Positions 47,088 through 56,701 of a stretch of 64,000 nt of DNA are shown here, one piece after another. The stretch is from Gammaproteobacteria bacterium (GTDB lineage: Bacteria > Pseudomonadota > Gammaproteobacteria > UBA4575): NCBI GenBank assembly GCA_965222615.1, contig CBDCUI010000007.1, positions 23,479 through 87,478 on the forward strand. Reading direction: 5' to 3'. The notes beneath the pieces are model-generated. The model searched no databases. It was given only the letters and a program-made list of their open reading frames with translations, and was not told where the DNA came from. Within the stretch, counting starts at the first letter, position 1. The number at the start of each line of letters is the position of its first letter. The translations under genes were made by a program, and so were the position numbers.

Positions 47088-47351
47088 TTAAAGTGCCATA
47101 ATTACCCAATCACTAGCAGTTAAATCGATATAAATACCGTCTAGGTGTTTTTGACTAACTGCATTCACATGCACAGTAATACTGCAATAGTTTTTTTGCC
47201 TACTTTCTACTTCTCTTATTTTTGTTGTTTCAAAATCATCCAAATGTTTTCTTAGTATCTCGATTACTGCTTGGTGAAATCCATGATGGTTTTTCCCCAT
47301 TACCTTGATTGGAAACTCACATGGAAAAGAAAGCAGGGACTCATCTGACAT
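47088..47351 (-). CDS. ybeD: YbeD/DUF493 family protein
   Basis: 87 aa. FPCEFPIKVMGK is the family N-terminal signature. It occupies the conserved position between dacA and lipB. Confidence 0.85.
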   Translation of the reverse strand: MSDESLLSFPCEFPIKVMGKNHHGFHQAVIEILRKHLDDFETTKIREVESRQKNYCSITVHVNAVSQKHLDGIYIDLTASDWVIMAL

Positions 47352-47390
47352 AGCTAAGAATCGTTGTTAATGGAGCTCTGATTATCAGGT

Positions 47391-48233
47391 CTAGACTTTA
47401 CGTTGTTGATATAGAGTATAAACCTTACGCCATAGTTCCCCTGGAACACCCGCTCCAACGGTTTTTCCATCTATTTGAGTGGCCGCTAACACCTCTTTAG
47501 TAGAGCTAGTAATCCACAATTCATCTGATGAATACAACCATTGTTTTGGAATAGATTGCTCTGTGTATCCTATACCCAATTCGCTGAGCAGCTCTAATAC
47601 AAAATCACGTGTTATGCCAGGCAGAATTAAATTATCTTTTGGATGGGTAAACACTTCGCCATCCCGTATTACAAATAAATTACTGGCCGCTCCTTCTAGC
47701 ACAAATTCATCTCTCACCATAATTGCTTCGACTGCAGATGCCTGTAGAGCATCTTGCTTTGACAAAATATTCGCTAATAAACTAATAACTTTAATATCAC
47801 ACCTTTGCCAACGCATATCTTCCGAAGTAATCAACGCCACACCTCTTTGCAGCTGCTCTTGTGGTATTGGGGCTAGCGGATTAGCCATGGCAAAAATGGT
47901 AGGACCCACATCTTGTGGAAAAACATGGTCGCGAGGTGCAACACCTCTAGTGACTTGAATGTAGATCGCTAGATTTTCCTCGCTGGACTGTTCAATCAAT
48001 GTTTCAACAATAATTTCCCATTCAGCACGAGAATAAGGATTTTCAATGCGAATTTCATTAATGCTGCGCTCCAACCGAGTTAAATGTTGTGCTAAATAAA
48101 AAGGCTTGCTTTTGTAGACTGGTATTAATTCATAAATACCGTCGCCAAAAATAAAACCTCGATCCAAAGGCGAAACCTTGCACTCCTGAAGAGACATATA
48201 TTCACCGTTAAGAAAAGCTTGGGTTTGTGTCAC
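47391..48233 (-). CDS. dat: D-amino-acid transaminase (class IV aminotransferase)
   Basis: GTG start. LNGEYMSLQECKVSPLDRGFIFGDGIYELIPVY and LPGITRD are class IV motifs. At 280 aa, its length and N-terminus fit Dat better than IlvE or PabC, although PabC is not excluded. Confidence 0.7.
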   Translation of the reverse strand: MTQTQAFLNGEYMSLQECKVSPLDRGFIFGDGIYELIPVYKSKPFYLAQHLTRLERSINEIRIENPYSRAEWEIIVETLIEQSSEENLAIYIQVTRGVAPRDHVFPQDVGPTIFAMANPLAPIPQEQLQRGVALITSEDMRWQRCDIKVISLLANILSKQDALQASAVEAIMVRDEFVLEGAASNLFVIRDGEVFTHPKDNLILPGITRDFVLELLSELGIGYTEQSIPKQWLYSSDELWITSSTKEVLAATQIDGKTVGAGVPGELWRKVYTLYQQRKV

Positions 48234-48248
48234 GAAATGCAGCGCATG

Positions 48249-49388
48249 CTAATAAAATAATTTCACAAAGAAATCCACTATACGTCGCCACAATCCTCCT
48301 GATGGATTATCCTGCAAAGTTACGAGGGGCTTCTCAAGATAATCTTTACCACCCAAAGTAACTTTAACTGTACCAACCTGATGACCTTGCTCCACCGGCG
48401 CCATAATATCGGAATTAATATCCATAGATGCTTTTAGCAAATCGTATTGACCACGAGGTATTGTGACATTTAAATCTTCATCTACACCCAGCGGAATTAA
48501 TTTCGACTCACCATTCCACATGCGCTGTTCAACTAAAGTCTCGCCTGCTTTATATAAACTATGCGATTCATAATATCTAAATCCGTAATTAAGCAATGCC
48601 TGAGTATTTACCGTACGAGACTTATCACTATCTGTACCCATCACAGCAGAAATTAGTCGCATATCATTACGTATAGCAGACGCAGCTAGACAATAACCCG
48701 CGGCTTCGGTATGCCCTGTTTTTAAGCCATCAACCGCACTATCTCTCCATAACAATCGATTTCGATTATGTTGTTTGATGTCATTAAATGTAAATTCTTT
48801 TTGAGCATAGCGTTTATATTCTTCCGGAAATTCAGCGATTACGGCTCGCGATAGCAACGCAATGTCATATGCGGTTGTATAATGATCTACATCGGGCAAT
48901 CCGGTTGCATTTATAAAGTGTGTATCTTTAAGCCCTAAACGTTGAGCATGTGCATTCATGACATCAGCAAAGGCTTCTTCAGTACCGGCAACATGTTCTG
49001 CTAGCGCAACACTGGCATCATTACCAGACTGAATAATTAAACCAAGCAATAAATCTTCAAGTAGAATTCTATTGCCGACCTCAACAAACATTCTTGAACC
49101 AATACTACGCCAGGCCTTTTCACTAATGAGCACTTGATCAGTCAGAGAAGCATCATTGGCCGCTAAGGCATGGTAAACCACATAAGCTGTCATAATTTTG
49201 GTAATACTTGCAGGATCAACACGCTCATGAGCATTGTATTCAGCAAGTATTGCGCCACTTGCGTAGTCCATTAATACATAACTTGAGGCATCAAACTTTG
49301 GCGGTGCAGGAATAGGTTGTGACTCTGCGAATAGGCTTGTGTAGCCAAACATCAATGCAAAAATAAGTACAATTGTTTTAATGTTCAT
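48249..49388 (-). CDS. dacA: D-alanyl-D-alanine carboxypeptidase (PBP5/6 class)
   Basis: Signal peptide plus the SxxK motif PASITKIMT, the SGN motif (IIQSGND) and the KTG motif (LKTGHT). Confidence 0.9.
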   Translation of the reverse strand: MNIKTIVLIFALMFGYTSLFAESQPIPAPPKFDASSYVLMDYASGAILAEYNAHERVDPASITKIMTAYVVYHALAANDASLTDQVLISEKAWRSIGSRMFVEVGNRILLEDLLLGLIIQSGNDASVALAEHVAGTEEAFADVMNAHAQRLGLKDTHFINATGLPDVDHYTTAYDIALLSRAVIAEFPEEYKRYAQKEFTFNDIKQHNRNRLLWRDSAVDGLKTGHTEAAGYCLAASAIRNDMRLISAVMGTDSDKSRTVNTQALLNYGFRYYESHSLYKAGETLVEQRMWNGESKLIPLGVDEDLNVTIPRGQYDLLKASMDINSDIMAPVEQGHQVGTVKVTLGGKDYLEKPLVTLQDNPSGGLWRRIVDFFVKLFY

Positions 49389-49424
49389 CTAACACTAACC
49401 TCATCAATAATTTAACTACAGTGA

Positions 49425-50339
49425 CTATTCAATCACTACACGATGTTCCTTCATGCCCATATCGCTGAGTCTGGCTACTGTGTCATCAGCTAACTGAACA
49501 GTAGACAATGGCCCAATGCGTACCCGGTGCAATTCCTTCGCGTCTTTTACAATAGAAGATATGGAAACTATTCCTATATTTAAAGGTTTTAACTGATTGA
49601 GTAATTGATCTGCATTGGCACGATCTCCAAATGCCCCGACCTGTACAAAAACTTGTGGACTCGCCTCAGTAGAAACAATTGTTGACTCTAGTGAATCATC
49701 AGTTTGAGAATTGATCTCTTCAGTAACAGGAATCTTTTCTTTGGCTGTAGAAACTTGCGAATCCTGTTTAGAGTTTTTAGTGACTTGGTAGCTGACTGGA
49801 TCAATGGCTTGAATCTCAACCAAACCTGTGCCTTCGCTTATTATGCCAAGTTTTCTTGCCGCTGAGTAAGATAGATCGATAACACGATTTTGATGAAATG
49901 GCCCGCGATCATTGACGCGCACGACAATTTGTCTGCCATTTTTCAAATTGGTAACTTGAACATAGGTTGGTAACGGTAATCGCGTGTGGGCTGCCGTCAT
50001 CGCATACATATCATAAGTCTCCCCACTAGAAGTTCGACGTCCATGAAACTTTTTACCATACCAAGAAGCAATGCCTCTTTCAGAAAACCCATCGCTACTC
50101 GCCAGAGTGTAATAACGTTTCCCAAACACAACATAAGAACTAGGATTACCATAGCGACTACGTGGCTCAACACGTGGGGTAGCATCAGGAGGTAACTCGC
50201 GAGGAATATGTTTTGTTTCTGGCGGAGCATCCTCTACGGTTGGCTTGAACAAGGAACAAGCACCTTGCCCAATTAATAAAATGGCAAATACCCAAACACT
50301 AAATCTACGGGTAGTTTTGGTTAGATTAATTTTGCGCAA
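49425..50339 (-). CDS. rlpA: Septal ring lytic transglycosylase RlpA (DPBB domain + C-terminal SPOR domain)
   Basis: GIASWYGKKFHGRRTSSGETYDMYAMTAAHTRLPLPTYVQVTNL..GRQIVVRVNDRGPF is the RlpA DPBB core. The C-terminal FVQVGAFGDRANADQL is SPOR-like. Confidence 0.9.
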   Translation of the reverse strand: MRKINLTKTTRRFSVWVFAILLIGQGACSLFKPTVEDAPPETKHIPRELPPDATPRVEPRSRYGNPSSYVVFGKRYYTLASSDGFSERGIASWYGKKFHGRRTSSGETYDMYAMTAAHTRLPLPTYVQVTNLKNGRQIVVRVNDRGPFHQNRVIDLSYSAARKLGIISEGTGLVEIQAIDPVSYQVTKNSKQDSQVSTAKEKIPVTEEINSQTDDSLESTIVSTEASPQVFVQVGAFGDRANADQLLNQLKPLNIGIVSISSIVKDAKELHRVRIGPLSTVQLADDTVARLSDMGMKEHRVVIE

Positions 50340-51327
50340 CGTAGTCTTTGATATCTTGTTTAATCTTTTGACTTAATTGATGAACGGCCATCGCATACAT
50401 ATGACTATGGTTATAACGCGTAATGACATAAAAATTATTAAATCCAGCCCAATATTCGTTTGAATTGTCATTATTTAGTTCAAGTAATGCAACTTTTTCT
50501 TGCGAAAAAGAATCCGCTTCAACATCTATATCATATTTTGCTAAATCTGAAACAACTATTGATGGCTTTATGCCTTTATCTAGTAATTTCATATAAGCTG
50601 AGCCATTAATATTAACAGGCAAAGTAACAGGTTTATTTTCACGCCATCCGTGCCGTTTAAAATAATTTGCCACACTACCTATAACATCCTCATTACTACC
50701 CCATAAATCACGCTTGCCATTATCATCAAAATCCACGGCATATCGTCGATAGCTACTTGAAATAAACTGACTTTTCCCCATCGCTCCAGCATATGAACCT
50801 TTAAGTTCTACCGGATCCAAATTTTCCTCATTTGCCAATAATAAAAATTGTTCAAGCTCACTACGGAAAAACTTTTGTCGTGGCGGATAATCAAAACCCA
50901 AAGTCACTAAAGAATCCAGTACTGGATATTTGCCCTCATATCTTCCATAAAAAGTTTCTACACCAAGAATCGCGACAATAATTTCCGGCGGCACACCAAA
51001 TTCACGCTCTGCCGCAGCCAACGTCTGAGCATTCTCTGACCAAAACTGCAATCCTTCTTTAATACGTTTGGGCGTAATAAAAATTTTTCGATATTCTTGC
51101 CAATTCTTCTTTTTTTCTGCTGGTCGCTGAATAGCCTCTAAAACTTCAGTTTGAGTTTTAACCTTATCAAATAACTTTGTTAATGTTTCTTTAGGATATT
51201 GATGTTGCTCAGAAAACTCATCAATAAAACTCTTCACATCTTTTCGATTGAGATAATTTTCGCTTGCATAAGTATTGCTAACAAACACAAATACTAAAAC
51301 AAGTTTTATTAACCAAACTTTTAACAT
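50326..51327 (-). CDS. mltB: Lytic murein transglycosylase B
   Basis: 333 aa with a signal peptide. GVPPEIIVAILGVETFYG, GSYAGAMGKSQFISSSY and the EF-hand-like DFDDNGKRDLW are MltB/Slt35 signatures. Confidence 0.88.
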   Translation of the reverse strand: MLKVWLIKLVLVFVFVSNTYASENYLNRKDVKSFIDEFSEQHQYPKETLTKLFDKVKTQTEVLEAIQRPAEKKKNWQEYRKIFITPKRIKEGLQFWSENAQTLAAAEREFGVPPEIIVAILGVETFYGRYEGKYPVLDSLVTLGFDYPPRQKFFRSELEQFLLLANEENLDPVELKGSYAGAMGKSQFISSSYRRYAVDFDDNGKRDLWGSNEDVIGSVANYFKRHGWRENKPVTLPVNINGSAYMKLLDKGIKPSIVVSDLAKYDIDVEADSFSQEKVALLELNNDNSNEYWAGFNNFYVITRYNHSHMYAMAVHQLSQKIKQDIKDYVAQN

Positions 51328-51331
51328 AGCT

Positions 51332-52462
51332 CTATGGTGATAATAACGACCGATGCGAATTGATAGACATTAATATTCCAAATGCCGCCATGATGGTTAC
51401 AGCCGAGGTCCCACCATAACTAATCAAAGGCAGTGGTACACCAACAACAGGAAGCAAACCACTAACCATACCGATGTTAACCAAAAAATAAGCAAAAAAA
51501 GATAAACTTAAACTACCTGCCAACAACCTAGAGTAAGTATCTTTTGCACTGACAGCAATACTCAACCCTCGCATTACAACAAAACTATACAAAAATAATA
51601 AAAATACCACCCCTAAAAATCCAAATTCCTCGCTGAATACTGCAAAAATAAAGTCAGTTGTACGTTCTGGAATGAAATCAAGTTGAGATTGTGTGCCATT
51701 TAACCAACCTTTCCCGTAAACACCGCCTGAACCTATAGCAATTTTCGACTGGATTATATGATATCCCGTGCCTAAAGGATCACTTTCTGGATTTAACAAA
51801 GTGAGTATCCGTTGCCGTTGATAATCATGCAGATAGAACCAAAATAATGGCATACACGCCAATGCCAACCCACCAAAAACAGCCAATAAGCGCCAAGTAA
51901 TCCCAGCTAAAAAAATAACAAAAACACCAGATAGAATAATTAAAATTGCTGTGCCCAAATCTGGCTGTAAAACGACGAGCCCAGCGGGTATCGCAATAAT
52001 AAGTATCGCCACGATGATCTGAGTTAACGAGGGTGGCATATGTTTATCACGAAAATACCAAGCAATCATCATTGGCAGAAATATTTTCATTACTTCTGAC
52101 GGTTGAAATCGAAAAATACCAAGATCCAACCAGCGCTGCGCACCTTTACCACTATACCCTATCGCCATCACTACAAATAACAATACCAAACCTAGCAGAA
52201 ATAACCATGGTGACCAATTCGATAATTGCTTACTTGGAATTTGCGCTAAAAAAACTAACGCAACAAATCCCAACGCGAAACGAATAGACTGGCGAGTTAC
52301 AGCCGCCATTTCACCGCTAGTAGCGCTATACAATACAGTTAGTCCAATACCACAAAGCAAAATTAACGCACCCATTAATGCTGGATCAATATTTAATAAA
52401 TGCCTTTCATTTTTAATAGGCGAAGACATTATTATGCCTTTGGAAGAAAATACGGTGCTCAT
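51332..52462 (-). CDS. mrdB: Peptidoglycan glycosyltransferase RodA (SEDS family)
   Basis: About 10 TM. QPSEVMKI, PDLGTA and the C-terminal PLPLISYGGTS are SEDS motifs. It overlaps mrdA by 4 nt; the alternative start is 52429. Confidence 0.92.
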   Translation of the reverse strand: MSTVFSSKGIIMSSPIKNERHLLNIDPALMGALILLCGIGLTVLYSATSGEMAAVTRQSIRFALGFVALVFLAQIPSKQLSNWSPWLFLLGLVLLFVVMAIGYSGKGAQRWLDLGIFRFQPSEVMKIFLPMMIAWYFRDKHMPPSLTQIIVAILIIAIPAGLVVLQPDLGTAILIILSGVFVIFLAGITWRLLAVFGGLALACMPLFWFYLHDYQRQRILTLLNPESDPLGTGYHIIQSKIAIGSGGVYGKGWLNGTQSQLDFIPERTTDFIFAVFSEEFGFLGVVFLLFLYSFVVMRGLSIAVSAKDTYSRLLAGSLSLSFFAYFLVNIGMVSGLLPVVGVPLPLISYGGTSAVTIMAAFGILMSINSHRSLLSP

Positions 52463-54327
52463 GGTTTATTTGCAGCCAATAGTTCTTCTTTACTCAATAA
52501 GTAATTATCCATTACTGCTTTTGCCACAGGTGCAGCAGCACGACTACCACTACCACCATTTTCAACAATTACCGCGATTGCAATTTTGGGATCATTCGCA
52601 GGTGCAAAGGCAATAAATAAACCGTGGTCACGCAATTTTTCTTCAATATTTTCCTCTTCATATTCTTCGTCTTCTGCCAATCCAAATACCTGCGCGGTAC
52701 CAGTTTTACCAGCAATTTTATATTTAGCGTCCTTACCTATTCTAAATGCCGTTCCATTAGGCTTATGCACAGCATCTATCATCGCAGAAATAATCTGGTC
52801 CCAATAATATTCATTGGTTACTTCAATATAGGGCATTGCGGTTGCATGCGCCATTTCTTCTACGTTACCTTGTGTGCGTATAGCGCGTAAAAATCTTGGC
52901 TGCACGCCCTGACCTCGCATCGCTAATGCACTCGCTGCTGTTGCCAGTTGCAAGGGTGTGGTTAACATATATCCTTGACCAATTCCGGTAATAATCGTTT
53001 CACCTGGATACCAGGGCTGTCCATACATACCCTTTTTCCACTCCTGTGACGGCATAATCCCTTTGGCTTCTCCCCATGTATCTAAAGCAGTTTTTTGACC
53101 CAGATTAAATTTAGAAAGAAACTCCGACATTCGATCAATACCGAGATCATTTGCTAGAGTGTAAAAATAAACATCGCATGACTGAGTGATTGCTTTAAAC
53201 ATATCAACTCGGCCATGTCCGCCTTTTTTCCAATCTCGGTATTTACGCTTATGTCCTGGCAATTGATAGTATGGCCCTGCATACATGGTTTTTTCTGCCC
53301 AAGTCACACCATAGTGCAAACCCGCTAGTGCCAACATTGGCTTTATAGTTGAACCTGGTGGATATTGACCAGTCAATGCTCGATTAAATAATGGTCGCTT
53401 TGGATTGTTGCGTAATAAAGAATACTGTTTGCGACTGATGCCATTTACAAAAAGGTTCGGATCAAAAGTTGGAGTACTAACGAAAACTAAAACTTCACCT
53501 GTAACAGGATCCATTGCAACCACAGAGCCATTGCGTTCCCCTAGACTATCTTGAGCAATTTTTTGTAAGCGTGCATCTAAAGTTAATACCAAGTCCGAAC
53601 CTGGCGTAGGAGGTACAGTCTCTAATACACGTAATTTACGACCCTGGGCATTAATTTCAATGTGCTGATATCCTACTTCACCATGCAAAACATCTTCATA
53701 GTGCTTTTCAACTCCTAGTTTACCGATATGCGAAGTTCCACTGTAATTTTGTTTATCTAACTTTTTTACTTCTTGAGCATTGATACGGCCAACATAGCCC
53801 AAAGCATGCGAACTAACACCAGATAAAGGATAGTATCGATTTGCACGTGCGGTAACTTCTACACCAGGATAACGGTGACGATTTACAGAAAAACGTGCTA
53901 CTTCATCTTCAGTTAAGTTTATTTTTAAAGGAATCGATTCAAAAGCTTGTTTACGTTTAATATCGTCATAAAATTTTTTGAGATGATGTTCTTCCAGCTC
54001 CACATACTGACTGATTTCAGAAATAGTCTGTTCAATATCATCAACTTGTACTGGAGTAATTTCGATTTGATAGCTAGGTTTATTATCAGCAAGTAATTTC
54101 AAATTTCGGTCATAAATTAAACCCCGTATAGGTGGTGTTGGGACAACCCTAACTCTATTCTCTTGAGATAAGGTTGTGTAATGCTCATTACTAGTAATCT
54201 GCAAATAAAATAAACGTAGACCAAGCATCACTACGCATAACATCACAAACAGCGCCGCAAAATATACGCGCACTTTAAAATAACGTATTTCTACTTTTGG
54301 ATTTTTTAAAAAGTCGCGCGCTGCCAC
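52459..54327 (-). CDS. mrdA: Penicillin-binding protein 2 (elongasome transpeptidase)
   Basis: GTG start, 622 aa, N-terminal TM. Motifs: SxxK (PPGSTIKP), SxD/SxN region (ITQSCDVYFY), KTG (AGKTGTAQ). Confidence 0.92.
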   Translation of the reverse strand: MAARDFLKNPKVEIRYFKVRVYFAALFVMLCVVMLGLRLFYLQITSNEHYTTLSQENRVRVVPTPPIRGLIYDRNLKLLADNKPSYQIEITPVQVDDIEQTISEISQYVELEEHHLKKFYDDIKRKQAFESIPLKINLTEDEVARFSVNRHRYPGVEVTARANRYYPLSGVSSHALGYVGRINAQEVKKLDKQNYSGTSHIGKLGVEKHYEDVLHGEVGYQHIEINAQGRKLRVLETVPPTPGSDLVLTLDARLQKIAQDSLGERNGSVVAMDPVTGEVLVFVSTPTFDPNLFVNGISRKQYSLLRNNPKRPLFNRALTGQYPPGSTIKPMLALAGLHYGVTWAEKTMYAGPYYQLPGHKRKYRDWKKGGHGRVDMFKAITQSCDVYFYTLANDLGIDRMSEFLSKFNLGQKTALDTWGEAKGIMPSQEWKKGMYGQPWYPGETIITGIGQGYMLTTPLQLATAASALAMRGQGVQPRFLRAIRTQGNVEEMAHATAMPYIEVTNEYYWDQIISAMIDAVHKPNGTAFRIGKDAKYKIAGKTGTAQVFGLAEDEEYEEENIEEKLRDHGLFIAFAPANDPKIAIAVIVENGGSGSRAAAPVAKAVMDNYLLSKEELLAANKP

Positions 54328-54589
54328 AATGAATCGTATTGCTAATCTGATGAATTATTATACAAAATAACCATTTGAAAATTCCTGTTATAGTGTATAT
54401 TACCTGATTGCTATTGCTACTAACATTGAGATTGTTCACTACGAAATAGGCAGAAAGCCTATATAATTGCCGCCGGTGCTGTCTGGGCTAAATATATATT
54501 TGGGTGAAGCATCAGTAACAGTCGATCAACATACAAGCTACATAAAAGCATAAAAACAACCACATTTGTGATCTTTTAGGAGAAGATTC

Positions 54590-56593
54590 ATGACAATTCA
54601 TCACTTACCCATCGCTCTTGGTGTGCTGGGTCTTATTGCTGCATTCGTTATTTATCAATTTGTACTACGCTATTCGCAAGGTACTGGTAAAGTTGTCGAA
54701 ATATCTGATGCGATACACACCGGCGCAATGACTTTTATGCGCCGTGAATACACTATTTTATTTATATTTGCAGCTTTCGTTGTCATTGCAATCTGGTTCT
54801 CAGATCTGGGTCAAAATACCGCGATCGCATTTATCGTTGGGGCACTATGTTCATCGGCTGCCGGTTATATCGGTATGTATACCGCTACACGTGCCAATGT
54901 CCGCACCACGGTTGCAGCGCATGAAAAAGGTGCCGATGCAGCACTTGGTGTTGCATTTTTTGGCGGCTCGATTATGGGTCTTACCGTTGCTGCAATGGGC
55001 CTACTCGGCCTTGGCAGCTTGTATCTATTTTTTGGCCGTGATCCAGCTACTGCAAATGTCATTCATGGATTTGGCATGGGGGCTTCCACCGTTGCGCTAT
55101 TCTCACGTGTCGGAGGTGGTATCTATACAAAGAGCGCAGATGTGGGCGCCGATTTGGTGGGTAAAGTCGAAGCCGGTATTCCAGAAGACGATCCTCGTAA
55201 TCCCGGAGTGATTGCAGATAATGTAGGTGACAATGTAGGGGATGTGGCTGGTATGGGCTCAGACATCTTTGAATCATATTGTGGTTCCATCATCGCTACG
55301 ATCGCAATTGCTGCAACCCTTGCCCCGGCTATTGTAGAAAAACTCGGTGAAAAACAAACACTGATGTTTTTACCATTGGGATTAGCATCAGTCGGAATCG
55401 TATGTTCATTACTCGGCATTCTTTTAGTAAAACTTACATCTGGAAAATCTCCAGCAACGGCATTACGCATAGGTACATTTTCTGCAGCAGTATTATTTAT
55501 AATTGCTGCATACTTTGTAATTAAATCACTTGGCTTAAGCACTGGTATATGGGTGTCCGTACTTGCTGGAGCCGTGGGCGGAATCATAATAGGTTTAGTT
55601 ACGGAGTATTACACCGGTGGCAGTCCGGTAAGAAAGATTGCCAAAGGTGGTGAAACCGGTCCCGCTACGGTAATGATCTCCGGCTTGGCCATTGGTATGC
55701 AATCAGTAGTAGTGCCGGTATTAAGTCTTGCTGCGATTATTTTCTTTGCGAATTATTTTGCCAGTTTATATGGCGTTGGTATTGCTGCAGTTGGCATGTT
55801 AGCCACGGTTGGTATCACTATGGCAATCGATGCCTATGGTCCGGTTGCGGATAACGCCGGCGGGATTGCGGAAATGGCTGAACTCGGTGAAGATGTGCGT
55901 AAAATTACTGATGAATTAGATGAAGTCGGTAACACTACAGCCGCAATTGGTAAAGGCTTTGCAATTGGTGCCGCGGCATTGGCTGCATTAGCGATCATCA
56001 CAGCCTTTCTTGCCGAAGTAAGCCATGGCAAAGAATCTATTGTTTTAGACTTAAGTGATCCTAAGGTGTTAATTGGATTATTTATTGGAGGCGTGTTTCC
56101 TTTCATTGTGGCCTCCTTGACCATGACGGCTGTAGGAGATGCCGCATTCGATATGATTAAAGAGATTCGTAGGCAGTTCAAAGAAATACCTGGGCTTTTA
56201 GAAGGCAAGGCCAAGCCGGATACGGTTCGCTGTGTCGATATCGCAACTACTGCAGCTTTAAAGCGTATGGTACCTCCAGGTTTATTGGCCGTGATTGCAC
56301 CAGTAGTAGTCGGCTTTGGATTCGGGGCCGAAACCTTAGGTGGAATGCTAGGTGGCGCACTATTAGGCTGTGTGTTGCTAGCCTTGATGATGGCAAATGC
56401 CGGTGGTGCATGGGATAACGCAAAAAAGTATGTTGAAAAAGGCAATTTAGGTGGCAAAGGCTCCGATGTTCACAAAGCCGCGGTTGTAGGTGACACCGTG
56501 GGAGACCCATTTAAAGACACGTCAGGCCCTTCGATGAACATACTTATCAATGTAATGGCAATCGTGAGTTTGGTAATAGCGCCACTTTTATAA
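54590..56593 (+). CDS. hppA: Membrane-integral pyrophosphate-energised cation pump (M-PPase), K+-dependent-type motif
   Basis: 667 aa, about 16 [90 protein letters not shown] and [16 protein letters not shown] are family signatures. Confidence 0.95.
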   Translation: MTIHHLPIALGVLGLIAAFVIYQFVLRYSQGTGKVVEISDAIHTGAMTFMRREYTILFIFAAFVVIAIWFSDLGQNTAIAFIVGALCSSAAGYIGMYTATRANVRTTVAAHEKGADAALGVAFFGGSIMGLTVAAMGLLGLGSLYLFFGRDPATANVIHGFGMGASTVALFSRVGGGIYTKSADVGADLVGKVEAGIPEDDPRNPGVIADNVGDNVGDVAGMGSDIFESYCGSIIATIAIAATLAPAIVEKLGEKQTLMFLPLGLASVGIVCSLLGILLVKLTSGKSPATALRIGTFSAAVLFIIAAYFVIKSLGLSTGIWVSVLAGAVGGIIIGLVTEYYTGGSPVRKIAKGGETGPATVMISGLAIGMQSVVVPVLSLAAIIFFANYFASLYGVGIAAVGMLATVGITMAIDAYGPVADNAGGIAEMAELGEDVRKITDELDEVGNTTAAIGKGFAIGAAALAALAIITAFLAEVSHGKESIVLDLSDPKVLIGLFIGGVFPFIVASLTMTAVGDAAFDMIKEIRRQFKEIPGLLEGKAKPDTVRCVDIATTAALKRMVPPGLLAVIAPVVVGFGFGAETLGGMLGGALLGCVLLALMMANAGGAWDNAKKYVEKGNLGGKGSDVHKAAVVGDTVGDPFKDTSGPSMNILINVMAIVSLVIAPLL

Positions 56594-56701
56594 ATATACC
56601 TAAGTATTAAAAAATTTCTTCATTCTACTAATGCTTAACTCTCTAGGTTTAGCCCAGAACGAATTGTTATTTATTTAATTCTAATCTATTTCGTCTAAAA
56701 T

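Noticed and set aside
54744-56510. Several long ORFs overlapping hppA in other frames or on the other strand: 54744-55211 (+), 55123-55587 (-), 55834-56457 (-), 56247-56510 (-).
   Set aside because: They are shadow ORFs inside a confidently identified, GC-richer gene. Their translations are low-complexity (Pro/Ala/Ser-rich) with no recognisable motifs or ribosome-binding sites.
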